Below, in pieces: positions 30,590-39,918 of a stretch of 64,000 nucleotides of DNA. The notes beneath the pieces are model-generated. The model ran no database searches. It was given only the letters and a program-made list of their open reading frames with translations, and had not been told where the DNA came from. The stretch spans positions 64,001 to 128,000 of the forward strand of contig JBGPGO010000012.1 in the NCBI GenBank assembly GCA_041483895.1. The letters are read 5' to 3'. The translations under genes and the position numbers were made by a program. Positions within the stretch are counted from its first letter, which is position 1. Each line of letters opens with the position of its first letter. This stretch comes from Fimbriimonadia bacterium (GTDB lineage: Bacteria > Armatimonadota > Fimbriimonadia > Fimbriimonadales > JABRVX01).

Positions 30590-32137
30590 TCACTGGTCGC
30601 CGGCTATCGCGAAGTTCGTTACGATGTTATTGAGGTCCTGAAGCGAAACCAGCTTGTCCCAGTCTATATCGCCTTCGCCGCCGCCGGTGCCGCCGAAGTT
30701 GACCAATACGGCGTTGAGATCCGGGATGCCGACAAGATTGTCGTCGTCTGCGTCGCCATTCATCAGACTGAAGTCAATTACCGTACTGGGAAACGTGACC
30801 GCGAAGTTCGTCTTCGTTTGGCGAAGCCAATTTGAGAACTTCACAGATATGTCGAATGTTCCTGTCGGAGCACCAACGAATGCGTACTTGCCAAACGCAT
30901 CTCGCGTTATGACTGAATTGTAGGCGATCGTCAGTGTCCCGGGAATGCGGAATTCAAGTGTGGCTGTACGTCCGGCACCGCCATAATACTCTTCTAATTG
31001 CACTACGCCGTTGACAGCCGTTGTCATGGTTTCGTTCATGGCAAGAACCCAGATTCCAGTAGCGAGGTCTCCCGCGAGAATTCTGTCCTGGCCGAGGAAC
31101 GGATAAACGCTCCAGCATCCGTCGAAGACGCCGGAAGTTGTAAACGGATACGTGTCGTAGTTGGCGACCGGCTGCAGCTGTTTTGTCTGGCGGTTCAAGT
31201 CTAGAACGAGAACACCCAGTTGATACCAAGAGCAGAACAGACGATCGCCAACAAATAGTGGATTGTGAACGCAAAGTGCATCCGTCTGCGGACGTCCATA
31301 GGTTTGGCGAATCACAAGGGAAGTGCCGGTCTCCGATTCAACAACTTCAAACAACCTCAATCCTCCGAAGATATGCTCTTCAGCCGTAACTACGTATTGA
31401 CCGTCATCGGTCTGCCAACAACTGTGAACGGACTGTCCGGGTGCCTTGGCTTTAAATACCGGTGGTTGGTTGGCAATATTGCTGATATCGTACAGCTTTA
31501 GCCCGGCGTCCCATGCGGCGACCCAAAGGCGATTGCCGGCAACGGTGATGTCGTGGACAAAATCACCACCTCCGTCATCATGCTCCGTATGCGTGTTGAG
31601 CACCCACTTGGCCTGCGTAATCGTTGGTCCGGCAGGGGCAGTGATATCGAAGCTTCGCAGGTCGATGATCACTACTTTTTCCTGCCTTGAGTCGACCAAG
31701 TACAGCCAGCCGTTTTGGTAGAACAGGTCGTGTACGTAGGTGATGTCCGGTACGTTGATTTTGCGCTTAAGAACCGGGTGATACGGGTCGCGAACGTCCA
31801 CAATCTCGGCGTCGTTGACCCCGCTCTCTTCGAAACCGATGAACAACATGCCGTTGCGCGCCGTTACGTCTTGCGCGCTGCAGTTTTGGTCTGGAGATCC
31901 CACGTAATAGATTGCTGCCGGGACCGGGTTGCTCGGGTCCGTGACGTCAATGATATCTACCTTGTTCTGTCCATAGTGTCCGCAATACAGAAAGTTGCCG
32001 TCGCCCCAAATCTCCGCATACCGATCGCCTTGAACCTTGTAGTTCCATCGAGCGGACATATTCCACGGCGGATTTTGCGCAAACGCCGCGGAGGCCACCA
32101 CGATGGCGAGACCTACTAACTGAACTTTGTTCTTCAT
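30590..32137 (-). CDS. Secreted LVIVD-repeat (choice-of-anchor B-like) beta-propeller protein with dockerin-like C-terminus
   Basis: Signal peptide, IIDVTDPSNP repeats, HD/HS/HN motifs, GCWSVYPF, and terminal NGDADDDN/GDIDWD. Confidence 0.8.
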   Translation of the reverse strand: MKNKVQLVGLAIVVASAAFAQNPPWNMSARWNYKVQGDRYAEIWGDGNFLYCGHYGQNKVDIIDVTDPSNPVPAAIYYVGSPDQNCSAQDVTARNGMLFIGFEESGVNDAEIVDVRDPYHPVLKRKINVPDITYVHDLFYQNGWLYLVDSRQEKVVIIDLRSFDITAPAGPTITQAKWVLNTHTEHDDGGGDFVHDITVAGNRLWVAAWDAGLKLYDISNIANQPPVFKAKAPGQSVHSCWQTDDGQYVVTAEEHIFGGLRLFEVVESETGTSLVIRQTYGRPQTDALCVHNPLFVGDRLFCSWYQLGVLVLDLNRQTKQLQPVANYDTYPFTTSGVFDGCWSVYPFLGQDRILAGDLATGIWVLAMNETMTTAVNGVVQLEEYYGGAGRTATLEFRIPGTLTIAYNSVITRDAFGKYAFVGAPTGTFDISVKFSNWLRQTKTNFAVTFPSTVIDFSLMNGDADDDNLVGIPDLNAVLVNFGGTGGGEGDIDWDKLVSLQDLNNIVTNFAIAGDQ

Positions 32138-32247
32138 TGTGCGTGCCTCCGAACCGAACGATTGTGAAACAAGATACATTGCGCTTCGCGGAAGTTCCAC
32201 GAAATTCCTGCAATTGAGCTCGGAGCAAACGTGGTATCGTTCCAGCG

Positions 32248-33273
32248 ATGTCCAAGCGACTGTTGATCACGGGCGGGGCCGGATTCATCGGCGGCCATTT
32301 GGTGCGGCACATCTTCCGCGCCCACCCCGACTATAAAGTGCGCGTGCTGGATGCCCTGACCTACGCCGGAAGCCGAGAAAACCTGGCTGAGTTCGAAGGC
32401 GACCCGCGCTTTGAATTCGTTCACGCCAATATCCTTGATATCGATCGGCATCGAGACGCGTTCGACGGGATGACGGATGTCATCCATTTGGCGGCGGAGA
32501 CCCATAACGACAGGGCGATATTGGAGTGCGGCGGGTTTGTTATCGCGGATGTCCTCGGCACGCAACGGATGCTCCAGGCCGCCCTGGAAGCCAAGGTGGA
32601 ACGGTTCGTTCATGTCAGCACATGCGAAGTGTATGGCAGCATCGAAAAGGGCCAGTTCAAAGAAGAAGATGCGTTCCATCCCAACCAGCCGTATTCCGCG
32701 AGCAAAGCCGGCGGGGACCTGATCGCCCGCGCCTACCACAGGACCCACGGCCTTCCCATTCTCATCGTCCGGCCAGTCAACAACCTCGGGCCGAACCAGT
32801 TCCCGGAGAAGCTGATCCCGCTCATGATCAGCCGCGCCCTGGCCGATGAGCCGCTCCCCATTTATGGCGACGGAAAGCAGATTCGCGAGTGGATCTATGT
32901 CGAGGACTGTTGCGCGGCCATCGACACGGTGCTGCACAAAGGCATTCCCGGTGAGGCATATAACATTGGCGACGAGATCGAGCGGGACAACCTGACCGTC
33001 GTTCAAACTCTGCTCGCTATGCTGGGCAAGCCGGAGGGTAAGATCGAGTTTGTAAAGGACCGTCCGGGTCACGATCACCGGTACGCTTTGGATGTAACCA
33101 AAGTCCGATCTCTGGGTTGGAAGGCCAAAGTTGGGTTCGAAGAGGCGCTCCAGCGAACCGTGGACTGGTACCTGGCAAACCGGGAGTGGCTGGAAACGAT
33201 ACAGAGCCGGTCTGCCCAGCACCGAGAATTCCTAAAGAAATGGTACGACGACCGCATGGCCCAAACCTCGTAA
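32248..33273 (+). CDS. rfbB: dTDP-glucose 4,6-dehydratase-like protein
   Basis: TGGAGFIG, DALTYAG, YSASKA, QFPEKLIP and DRPGHD motifs. It has atypical STCE in place of STDE. Confidence 0.85.
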   Translation: MSKRLLITGGAGFIGGHLVRHIFRAHPDYKVRVLDALTYAGSRENLAEFEGDPRFEFVHANILDIDRHRDAFDGMTDVIHLAAETHNDRAILECGGFVIADVLGTQRMLQAALEAKVERFVHVSTCEVYGSIEKGQFKEEDAFHPNQPYSASKAGGDLIARAYHRTHGLPILIVRPVNNLGPNQFPEKLIPLMISRALADEPLPIYGDGKQIREWIYVEDCCAAIDTVLHKGIPGEAYNIGDEIERDNLTVVQTLLAMLGKPEGKIEFVKDRPGHDHRYALDVTKVRSLGWKAKVGFEEALQRTVDWYLANREWLETIQSRSAQHREFLKKWYDDRMAQTS

Positions 33274-33301
33274 TCCAGGCGGTCGGATACTGGGAGGAAA
33301 T

Positions 33302-33868
33302 ATGGCCTACATTTCGGACTATCTATCGGAAGTCAAGCGCCTCATCACCGAAGTCAACGCCTCCGAGGTGGACGCGATTGCCGAGCTGATCCACAACGCC
33401 TATCGGAACGACAAGCGCCTTCTCTTGATGGGGAATGGCGGCAGCGGCTCGACCGCCTCTCACTTCGCCAACGATTACCAAAAAGGCCTGTTTTTGGCGG
33501 GCCGAAAGCCGTTCCAGTGCCTAGCGGTCACGGATTCTATGTCGCTCATCCTTGCCTGGGGCAATGATACGGAGTTTGCCAACATCTTCGAACCGCAGAT
33601 TCGTACTTGGGCTGGGCCGGGGGATGTGGTGCTCGGGATCAGCGGCAGCGGCAATTCGGAGAATGTGATCCGTGCGATGAACGCGGCGAACGAACTGGGG
33701 TCACATACCGTCGGCCTATGCGGGTATTCCGGTGGTAAGCTGAAGGATGTTGCCAAGCATACAATTTGGGTGAAGTCGAACAACATGCAGCAGGTTGAGG
33801 ATATTCATTGCGTATTGATGCACACAATCTATTCCGACGTGCTGCGACGGGTGATGGAAGGAAAATGA
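33302..33868 (+). CDS. gmhA: SIS-domain phosphoheptose isomerase-like protein
   Basis: GNGGS, ISGSGNSENV and VEDIH motifs. Confidence 0.8.
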   Translation: MAYISDYLSEVKRLITEVNASEVDAIAELIHNAYRNDKRLLLMGNGGSGSTASHFANDYQKGLFLAGRKPFQCLAVTDSMSLILAWGNDTEFANIFEPQIRTWAGPGDVVLGISGSGNSENVIRAMNAANELGSHTVGLCGYSGGKLKDVAKHTIWVKSNNMQQVEDIHCVLMHTIYSDVLRRVMEGK

Positions 33869-33876
33869 CGGCGGCC

Positions 33877-33905
33877 ATCCCTTGACGTTCCGAACGTCAA
33901 GGGAT
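33877..33905. terminator. Perfect palindrome between convergent gmhA and tatA
   Basis: ATCCCTTGACGTTC-C-GAACGTCAAGGGAT. Confidence 0.6.
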
Positions 33906-33912
33906 AGAAAAT

Positions 33913-34119
33913 CTAGTCAGTTTTTGTTTCGACGGCAACCTTAGGGGCCTCTTCCACAGGCTCCCGAGCCGTATCTTGGATGACCCGCTGGGACTCGCGA
34001 ATACCCTTTTGAACTTCTCCGACCGCCTGGCCCACCGAGCGGGCCAGTTCCGGGATCTTCTTCGCCCCAAACAGCACCAGCACGAGAAAGGCGACGATCA
34101 GCCACTCTTGCATACCCAT
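33913..34119 (-). CDS. tatA: Twin-arginine translocase subunit TatA
   Basis: LVLFGAKKIPELARSVG motif. GGAGG RBS. Confidence 0.93.
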   Translation of the reverse strand: MGMQEWLIVAFLVLVLFGAKKIPELARSVGQAVGEVQKGIRESQRVIQDTAREPVEEAPKVAVETKTD

Positions 34120-34206
34120 GAAAACTACCTCCGGAGCACAGCTTTCGCCGTGCCACTTCTCATTATACGTTGCGAAAACGGTCGAGGGTCGTCAATTCCG
34201 GCAATT

Positions 34207-34731
34207 CTACTTTTTCCCTGTGAGAAATTTAACGGCGCCCCCGGCAAATAGCACATTGTTTCCCCGAATTCCTTCATCCTTATGGCGGCCTTTTCGGGGG
34301 ATGCTGGTACCCTCATCCGAAGCATTGCGGCTCAGATTCATGGAGTCATAGACCAACTCGGTCTTGCCGGGATTCTCCAACTTTCTGCCCTTCTGGCCGG
34401 CAATTCTGGAATTGTACGCATAGCCAAATTTGCGGTCATCGTCTTCGTACGCCGGGTCCCGTAGCCGCTTTTTCCGGCTCATTTGCGGCTCGATAAGGTC
34501 CATCCAGTTCCCGGCTGTGGGCAGATATCCGACGTTATCGTCTTGGTAGAGGGAAAACGCCTTGTAGATATCGTTCAGGTTCCGCTGGCACTCACCCTTC
34601 TCCATGCCGCCCAGCTTGCCGGACAGTTGGGGCCACATGATAGCGAACAGTATGCCCGAGCAGAGGAGCATCATGCCGAACACAATAACGCCCCAGAACA
34701 GGACGGGCCGGTTGGAGCCTTGGTTGACCAT
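34207..34731 (-). CDS. Membrane-anchored protein resembling DUF1559/H-X9-DG pilin-like family
   Basis: TM helix, CQRNL...LYQDDN..LP, and C-terminal RH...NNVLFAGGAVK. Confidence 0.55.
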   Translation of the reverse strand: MVNQGSNRPVLFWGVIVFGMMLLCSGILFAIMWPQLSGKLGGMEKGECQRNLNDIYKAFSLYQDDNVGYLPTAGNWMDLIEPQMSRKKRLRDPAYEDDDRKFGYAYNSRIAGQKGRKLENPGKTELVYDSMNLSRNASDEGTSIPRKGRHKDEGIRGNNVLFAGGAVKFLTGKK

Positions 34732-34781
34732 GCCTGAATTATGCGGGCGAACAGCCTGTTTCGTCAACGGTCCCAATTGCT

Positions 34782-34838
34782 GTGGCCGCTGGTCCGATTG
34801 GCGAATGTTCCCATTGGCAATGCGCCTCAAAGCCCGCG
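34782..34838 (+). repeat. Degenerate family L element upstream of selA
   Basis: GTGGCCGCTGG..35 nt..AAGCCCGCG. Confidence 0.5.
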
Positions 34839-34867
34839 GCAACATGAAGTTCGGCTAAAATGCTCTC

Positions 34868-36265
34868 GTGGCAAACCTGCGAAATCTGCCTTCCGTGGAT
34901 CGGCTGCTGTCCCACCCTGACCTACAAGGCCTGGGCAGCCCCTCGTATGTCCGCGACGTGATCCGGCTCGTTTTGGACGATATCCGACGGGAAATGCGCG
35001 ACGATTTCCCGGACGAGCCGCTGGAGTTCTACGTCGAGCGAGTTCAGTTGCGGGCGGCGGAGGATGAGAGAATGCGGCTCGGATACGCCATCAACGCGAC
35101 CGGCGTCGTGCTGCACACCGGCCTCGGCCGAGCCCGATTGTGCGAGAGCGCCCAGAAGGCCGTGCAAGAAGCCACGAGGGGCCATAGCACGCTGGAGATC
35201 GACAGGGATACAGGAAAGCGTGGATCGCGCCAGTCGCAGTTCAAGGAGCTCCTCACCCGTCTGACCGGAGCGGAGGACGCTTATGTCTGCAATAACAACG
35301 CGGCCGCGGTGATGCTGTGCGTCAACACCTTGGCGGCGGGCCGAGAGGCGATTCTTTCGCGCGGGCAATGCGTGGAGATCGGAGGCTCCTTCCGCATGCC
35401 CGACGTGATTGCGGCGGCCGGCGCCAGGATGCGAGAGGTCGGGACAACGAATAAGACTCGGCTGTCGGATTATGAAAAGGCCATCGTACCGGAAACCGGC
35501 TGCATCATCCGCTGCCATCCGAGCAATTTTCAGGTTGTCGGGTTTACGGAAGACGTCGACCCCGCGGCATTGGCGAAGTTGGGCAGGGAGCGCGGCGTGG
35601 CGGTCATTGACGACATTGGCAGCGGCTGCTTAGTGGATACCGCCTTGGCCGGCCTGCCGCACGAGCCTACGTTGACGGAAGCTCTGGCTACCGGCGTGGA
35701 TTTGGTGACAGCGAGCGGCGACAAGCTGCTGGGGGGTCCGCAGGCCGGTCTGGCGCTCGGCCGCAAGGAGCTCATCGAAAGGGTGGCCAAGAACCCGATG
35801 GCGCGCGCGGTCCGATGCGACAAGCTGACCCTGGCCGCGCTGGAGGCCACGCTGCGCGAGTACCTCGACCCGGATCAGGTCTGGTCCCGCATCCCTACGC
35901 TCATCTATCTCCGGCGATCATTGGATGAGTTGGACAGGATGGCGCGGGAGCTTATGGCGCAGATAGAAGCGTCATGTAAGGAATCCAAGCCCTTGGGACT
36001 TGCGGTCGACGTTGTTGACGGCCTTTCGGAGGTCGGAGGAGGATCGCTCCCCGGGTCCGTCCTTCCGACGCGACTCTTGCGCGTGCGGTCACACGCATCA
36101 CCGGAAGATGACGCCCATGCCCTCCGACTCCGCACGCCGCCCGTTTTCGCACGCATCGTGGACGATCACGTCTGCTTCGATCCCAGGACGATTGATGTGG
36201 AAGAGATTCCGGTCGTCGTTGGAGCCATCCACGACTCGTTGACAACATTAGGTCGGCCTGTGTAG
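34868..36265 (+). CDS. selA: L-seryl-tRNA(Sec) selenium transferase
   Basis: INATGVVLHTGLGRA, NNNAAAV, EIGGSFR and SGDKLLGGPQAG motifs. Confidence 0.96.
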   Translation: MANLRNLPSVDRLLSHPDLQGLGSPSYVRDVIRLVLDDIRREMRDDFPDEPLEFYVERVQLRAAEDERMRLGYAINATGVVLHTGLGRARLCESAQKAVQEATRGHSTLEIDRDTGKRGSRQSQFKELLTRLTGAEDAYVCNNNAAAVMLCVNTLAAGREAILSRGQCVEIGGSFRMPDVIAAAGARMREVGTTNKTRLSDYEKAIVPETGCIIRCHPSNFQVVGFTEDVDPAALAKLGRERGVAVIDDIGSGCLVDTALAGLPHEPTLTEALATGVDLVTASGDKLLGGPQAGLALGRKELIERVAKNPMARAVRCDKLTLAALEATLREYLDPDQVWSRIPTLIYLRRSLDELDRMARELMAQIEASCKESKPLGLAVDVVDGLSEVGGGSLPGSVLPTRLLRVRSHASPEDDAHALRLRTPPVFARIVDDHVCFDPRTIDVEEIPVVVGAIHDSLTTLGRPV

Positions 36266-36325
36266 CCGCGGATTCTCGTTCTGACAAACTGATCGAATCG
36301 CCACCGCCAAAATCCGCGTGACCAC
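36262..36325 (+). repeat. Family L element whose GTAG supplies the selA stop codon
   Basis: GTAGCCGCGGATTCTCGTTCTGA...AAATCCGCGTGACCAC. Confidence 0.85.
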
Positions 36326-36372
36326 CTTGGAATTTGCGATAATCATAAGGAAATGCCCCTCCGAACCGCAGG

Positions 36373-36939
36373 CTAGTCCTTTACGCGATGCCAAGCATCG
36401 GAAAAGGAACGTCGGAATACTGATGGCTCGCCTCTCCGAAATTCATCTAGCGTCCTTCGGAGAATCGGTCCAGCACCTTGGGATCCATGGACAGCAAGTA
36501 TTGCCGGATTTTTGGGCTCAATCATCCAAAGAGCTGTCGCCGCTTCGCTCCGAATGGAGTCTTCTTCCGTCGGATCAGACATGATACTTATTAATGTCGA
36601 GATCGCGGCACGATCGCCGATGTTGCCAAGAGCCATCAAAGCGTATCCGCGCTTTGGCATGTTCCTGTTTTGGACTTCCTGGCACAGGCGAGGGACAATC
36701 TTTGGACCCGCTAGTATCAGCGGATCCATCAGCATGCATTCAGCAATACCTTCTCTGCCTTTTTCAAAGTGCATGAATGCTTCGATGATTTCATCGTCCG
36801 ACGCGACTCGTTGAAAGTAGTAGGATTCCGAAGTTGGATAATCTAGGTACCGTGAGTATGCAATCAGTGCGAGAACTCCGAGGACAACAACTGCGGGGCC
36901 GACAACTCTCGCCCATTGAAAAAAGACACGGCGTTTCAT
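36373..36939 (-). CDS. Membrane-anchored HEAT-repeat protein
   Basis: TM helix and ALMALGNIGDRAAISTL...IRSEAATALW. ATGA overlap with the permease gene. Confidence 0.7.
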   Translation of the reverse strand: MKRRVFFQWARVVGPAVVVLGVLALIAYSRYLDYPTSESYYFQRVASDDEIIEAFMHFEKGREGIAECMLMDPLILAGPKIVPRLCQEVQNRNMPKRGYALMALGNIGDRAAISTLISIMSDPTEEDSIRSEAATALWMIEPKNPAILAVHGSQGAGPILRRTLDEFRRGEPSVFRRSFSDAWHRVKD

Positions 36940-38132
36940 ACCCGGAACAGAACGCTCTCTCGCTGGAACATGCGCACCGCGAACCAGAGGCAAAGCGCGG
37001 CGAGAACGGTGGATGTTGTAAGAGTTAAGGCAAACACCGTTCCGTTGAGCTGCCCATTGAACACCTGCTGAAACACCGTCGCCGTGTTCAAGATCGGCAC
37101 CAACCCGATCCATGCCCGCGAGCCGAAGTCGGTGAACCCTATGAACTGGCTGGCAATCGCCGGCACCATCACCAAAACTGAAATCGCGGAAGCATAGGTC
37201 GTCGCCTCCCGCTGGTTCTTCGCAAAGGCCGAAATCGCGACCAGCATTGCCGCGAACATCGCGACCAACGGAATGAGCGTCACAAGCATCACCCCAATCT
37301 CGCCGGGACCCAAATGCTGCGCGCCTTTGAACATCTCGCCTTTTTGCGTCACCCCGGTAATGCCGACCAACACCACCCCAATCACACCAGACAGAGAGCT
37401 CGTGAAGCAGAGAGTCGCCATCGAAAGCAGCTTCCCGATCGCGATATCCAATCGGCTGGCGGGCGAAACCAACAGCGTCTCCAAAGTCCCGCGTTCCTTC
37501 TCACCCGCCACCACGTCCCCGGCCATCGTCATGCCGCCGAAGAACGCGAACAGCACCATGAAGTATGGCAAGAGGCTGGCAAGCATCGCCGGCCCTTCTT
37601 CTTTGGCTTCCGTCGCCGCCACTTCATTGACACTGAGTGGCGTGATGTCCTTTTCGGTCAGGTTTTTGGACGCCAAAACCTGTTTTCCGTGCGCCGCGTT
37701 TAGCTGCTTTACGGCCTCTTTGAAAACCCCGAGCGCGATGGCGGCCGGAATGCTCTTCTTGTCGATGAGCACATCGATGGCACCGCCATCGCCGGTCGCC
37801 AACGCCTTTTTCAGGTCCGACTTGAAGTTGACGCACAGCTTCACGGTTTTCTCCCGCACCATCGTAACACCCATGTCCACAGATGGGACGGAACGAATCT
37901 TAAACCCCTTCTTGACGAACGGCGAATCCAGCAATGGCTGGCCATTATCGATGTTCACAACGGCGATCTCGGACTCTTTCGATTCCTGCGACAGGAACTT
38001 GGTGAAAGAACCCAAAAACGTAAATAAAATGTATACGAGGAACATCGGCATCAGCACGGAAGACATCAGGACGCGGCGGTCGCGCAGAAACTCGCGGAGC
38101 TCCTTCTTGTAGATGAGGGGGATTGCGCTCAT
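36936..38132 (-). CDS. ABC transporter permease (NatB-like)
   Basis: KKELREFLRDRR and AGEKERGTLETLL motifs. Confidence 0.9.
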   Translation of the reverse strand: MSAIPLIYKKELREFLRDRRVLMSSVLMPMFLVYILFTFLGSFTKFLSQESKESEIAVVNIDNGQPLLDSPFVKKGFKIRSVPSVDMGVTMVREKTVKLCVNFKSDLKKALATGDGGAIDVLIDKKSIPAAIALGVFKEAVKQLNAAHGKQVLASKNLTEKDITPLSVNEVAATEAKEEGPAMLASLLPYFMVLFAFFGGMTMAGDVVAGEKERGTLETLLVSPASRLDIAIGKLLSMATLCFTSSLSGVIGVVLVGITGVTQKGEMFKGAQHLGPGEIGVMLVTLIPLVAMFAAMLVAISAFAKNQREATTYASAISVLVMVPAIASQFIGFTDFGSRAWIGLVPILNTATVFQQVFNGQLNGTVFALTLTTSTVLAALCLWFAVRMFQRESVLFRV

Positions 38133-38872
38133 GCCGCGGTCAACTCACCAATCAGGGCGAGGAAAATCCGCTCCAAATGCGATTGGCCGGTCTGGTTTCG
38201 CAGCTCATCGAGCGTCCCAATGGCCGCGAGCTTGCCGTCGTGGATGACGGCGATCCGATCGCACAGACGCTCCGCCTCGCTCATGATGTGCGTGGAGAAC
38301 AGCACGGTCTTCCCCTGCGTCCTGCATTCTTCGATGAATTCTATGATGGTCCGCGAGGTGATGACATCCAGGCCGGTCGTGGGTTCATCGAAAAACATTA
38401 CGGGCGGATCGTGCACGATGGTTCGGGCGATGGAGACGCGCTGCTTTTGGCCAGAGGAGAGGCGATCGCACAGCCGGTCGGCAAAATCGGTGATGCCCAG
38501 TTTGGCGATGGCGGCCTCCGTGCGGGCGGTCAGGTCCTGCCCGGTCAGGCCATAGAGGCTGCCCAGGTACCGAATCATTTCGCGCGGATTCAATCGTCCG
38601 TAGAGGGCTGTGGTGGTGGAGAGAAAACCGATGTTCCGGCGAACCTCTTGCGCTTGGGTCCGGATGTCGTATCCGCCGACGGTCGCCGTGCCGCCGTTCG
38701 GCTCGATGATGGTGGCAAGCAGGCGAAGCAAGGTGGTCTTTCCGGCGCCGTTCACGCCCAGAACTCCAAAGATTTCGCCTGGCCGGCATTCGAAGGAGAC
38801 GCCATCGACCGCGTGTACGTCCCCGCGTTTCTTATCCGTGAAGCTCTTCACCAATCCCTGGCAACTGACCAT
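38129..38872 (-). CDS. ABC transporter ATP-binding protein (NatA-like)
   Basis: GVNGAGKTT, LSSGQKQR, DEPTTGLDV and STHIMSEAE motifs. Confidence 0.92.
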   Translation of the reverse strand: MVSCQGLVKSFTDKKRGDVHAVDGVSFECRPGEIFGVLGVNGAGKTTLLRLLATIIEPNGGTATVGGYDIRTQAQEVRRNIGFLSTTTALYGRLNPREMIRYLGSLYGLTGQDLTARTEAAIAKLGITDFADRLCDRLSSGQKQRVSIARTIVHDPPVMFFDEPTTGLDVITSRTIIEFIEECRTQGKTVLFSTHIMSEAERLCDRIAVIHDGKLAAIGTLDELRNQTGQSHLERIFLALIGELTAA

Positions 38873-38893
38873 TGGGGGGAAGTCTACCCTCAT

Positions 38894-38997
38894 GTAACGC
38901 TGCCCTCCAGGTGGCATTGAATCCTGGGCCTTTTGTTTGTAACGCTGGCTTCCAGCCGGCATTGAATTGCGTTCTGCCGGCTGGAAGCCAGCGTTAC
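38894..38997. repeat. REPIN-like inverted REP pair (GTAACGCTGGCTTCCAGCCGGCA) plus degenerate third copy
   Basis: Perfect 23-bp inverted repeat at 38939-38961 / 38975-38997 and a degenerate copy at 38894. It supplies the TAA stop of the M48 gene. Confidence 0.85.
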
Positions 38998-39881
38998 GCG
39001 GTGGCGACCGCCGCAGGAGCGCCCTTGTATTCGCCCGCCAGGATCCGCTTGTACGCATCGCCAGAGAACCACTGCTCGAGCTGTTGCTCGCGGAAGATCG
39101 GCTGCGGGTGCGTATATGTCGCGGTGCGGAGCAAGAACATGATCACTTTGGCTAGCTTATCCATGGTGCCGGCATCCTGATAGGCCCTCGCTTGGGATTG
39201 GAACTCATCAATGCTCATCTCGTCCGCAAACCGAGTGCGCCCGCCGGCCAGCGTCATGATGCTCGCGATGGCGCCGTCGCAATCCTGGATTGCGAGCAGC
39301 CCGCCTCGATCGCAGGTCAATTCCGCATTCCGCATCCATTCATAGAATGCCAGAAGCAGTCCGATCGAAACCGCGTCGCCCAGCCGCAGGGTCATCCGGC
39401 CTAGCGCGTCCAACAGCGGCAGCAGCCAATTGGCGACCGTCATGTACAGCACGTGGCCGCATTTGATGTGCGAAAGCTCGTGCCCCATCAAATACAGCAA
39501 CTGCTCGTCCGTCAACGCGTCGAGCAGGGTGCTGTGAACCGTAATGAAGGGCCGCTCAACACCAAATGTATAGGCGTTCGGCTGGGGATTAAATTTGACG
39601 TACAGCTCCGGTTCCGGAACGTCCAAAATCGCGCACGCCTCGCGCATGATCGCATAGGGGGTCTTGAATTGGTTGGGGCCGCACCGAATAGACTCGGCCA
39701 TGTTGAGCGTGTAGGCCCATCGGTCCAAGCCGAGATCGTAAAATTTGCGCACTATTTGGGGGAGAATGGGCGTCTTACGCAGTGCCTCCAGCGCCAGCCG
39801 GTCGGTCTCGGCGGCGAATGCATCCGGGTGAATCCCGGGGAAGCGGACCCGTTCTTTATCAAAAACTGTCGTCTCAGCCAT
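38994..39881 (-). CDS. M48 family metallopeptidase
   Basis: PNAYTFG, GHELSH, ELTCDRGG and THP motifs. Confidence 0.9.
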   Translation of the reverse strand: MAETTVFDKERVRFPGIHPDAFAAETDRLALEALRKTPILPQIVRKFYDLGLDRWAYTLNMAESIRCGPNQFKTPYAIMREACAILDVPEPELYVKFNPQPNAYTFGVERPFITVHSTLLDALTDEQLLYLMGHELSHIKCGHVLYMTVANWLLPLLDALGRMTLRLGDAVSIGLLLAFYEWMRNAELTCDRGGLLAIQDCDGAIASIMTLAGGRTRFADEMSIDEFQSQARAYQDAGTMDKLAKVIMFLLRTATYTHPQPIFREQQLEQWFSGDAYKRILAGEYKGAPAAVATA

Positions 39882-39918
39882 GGTCTCCCCCTAGTCGATT
39901 GGTAACTGTGCTACCTAC

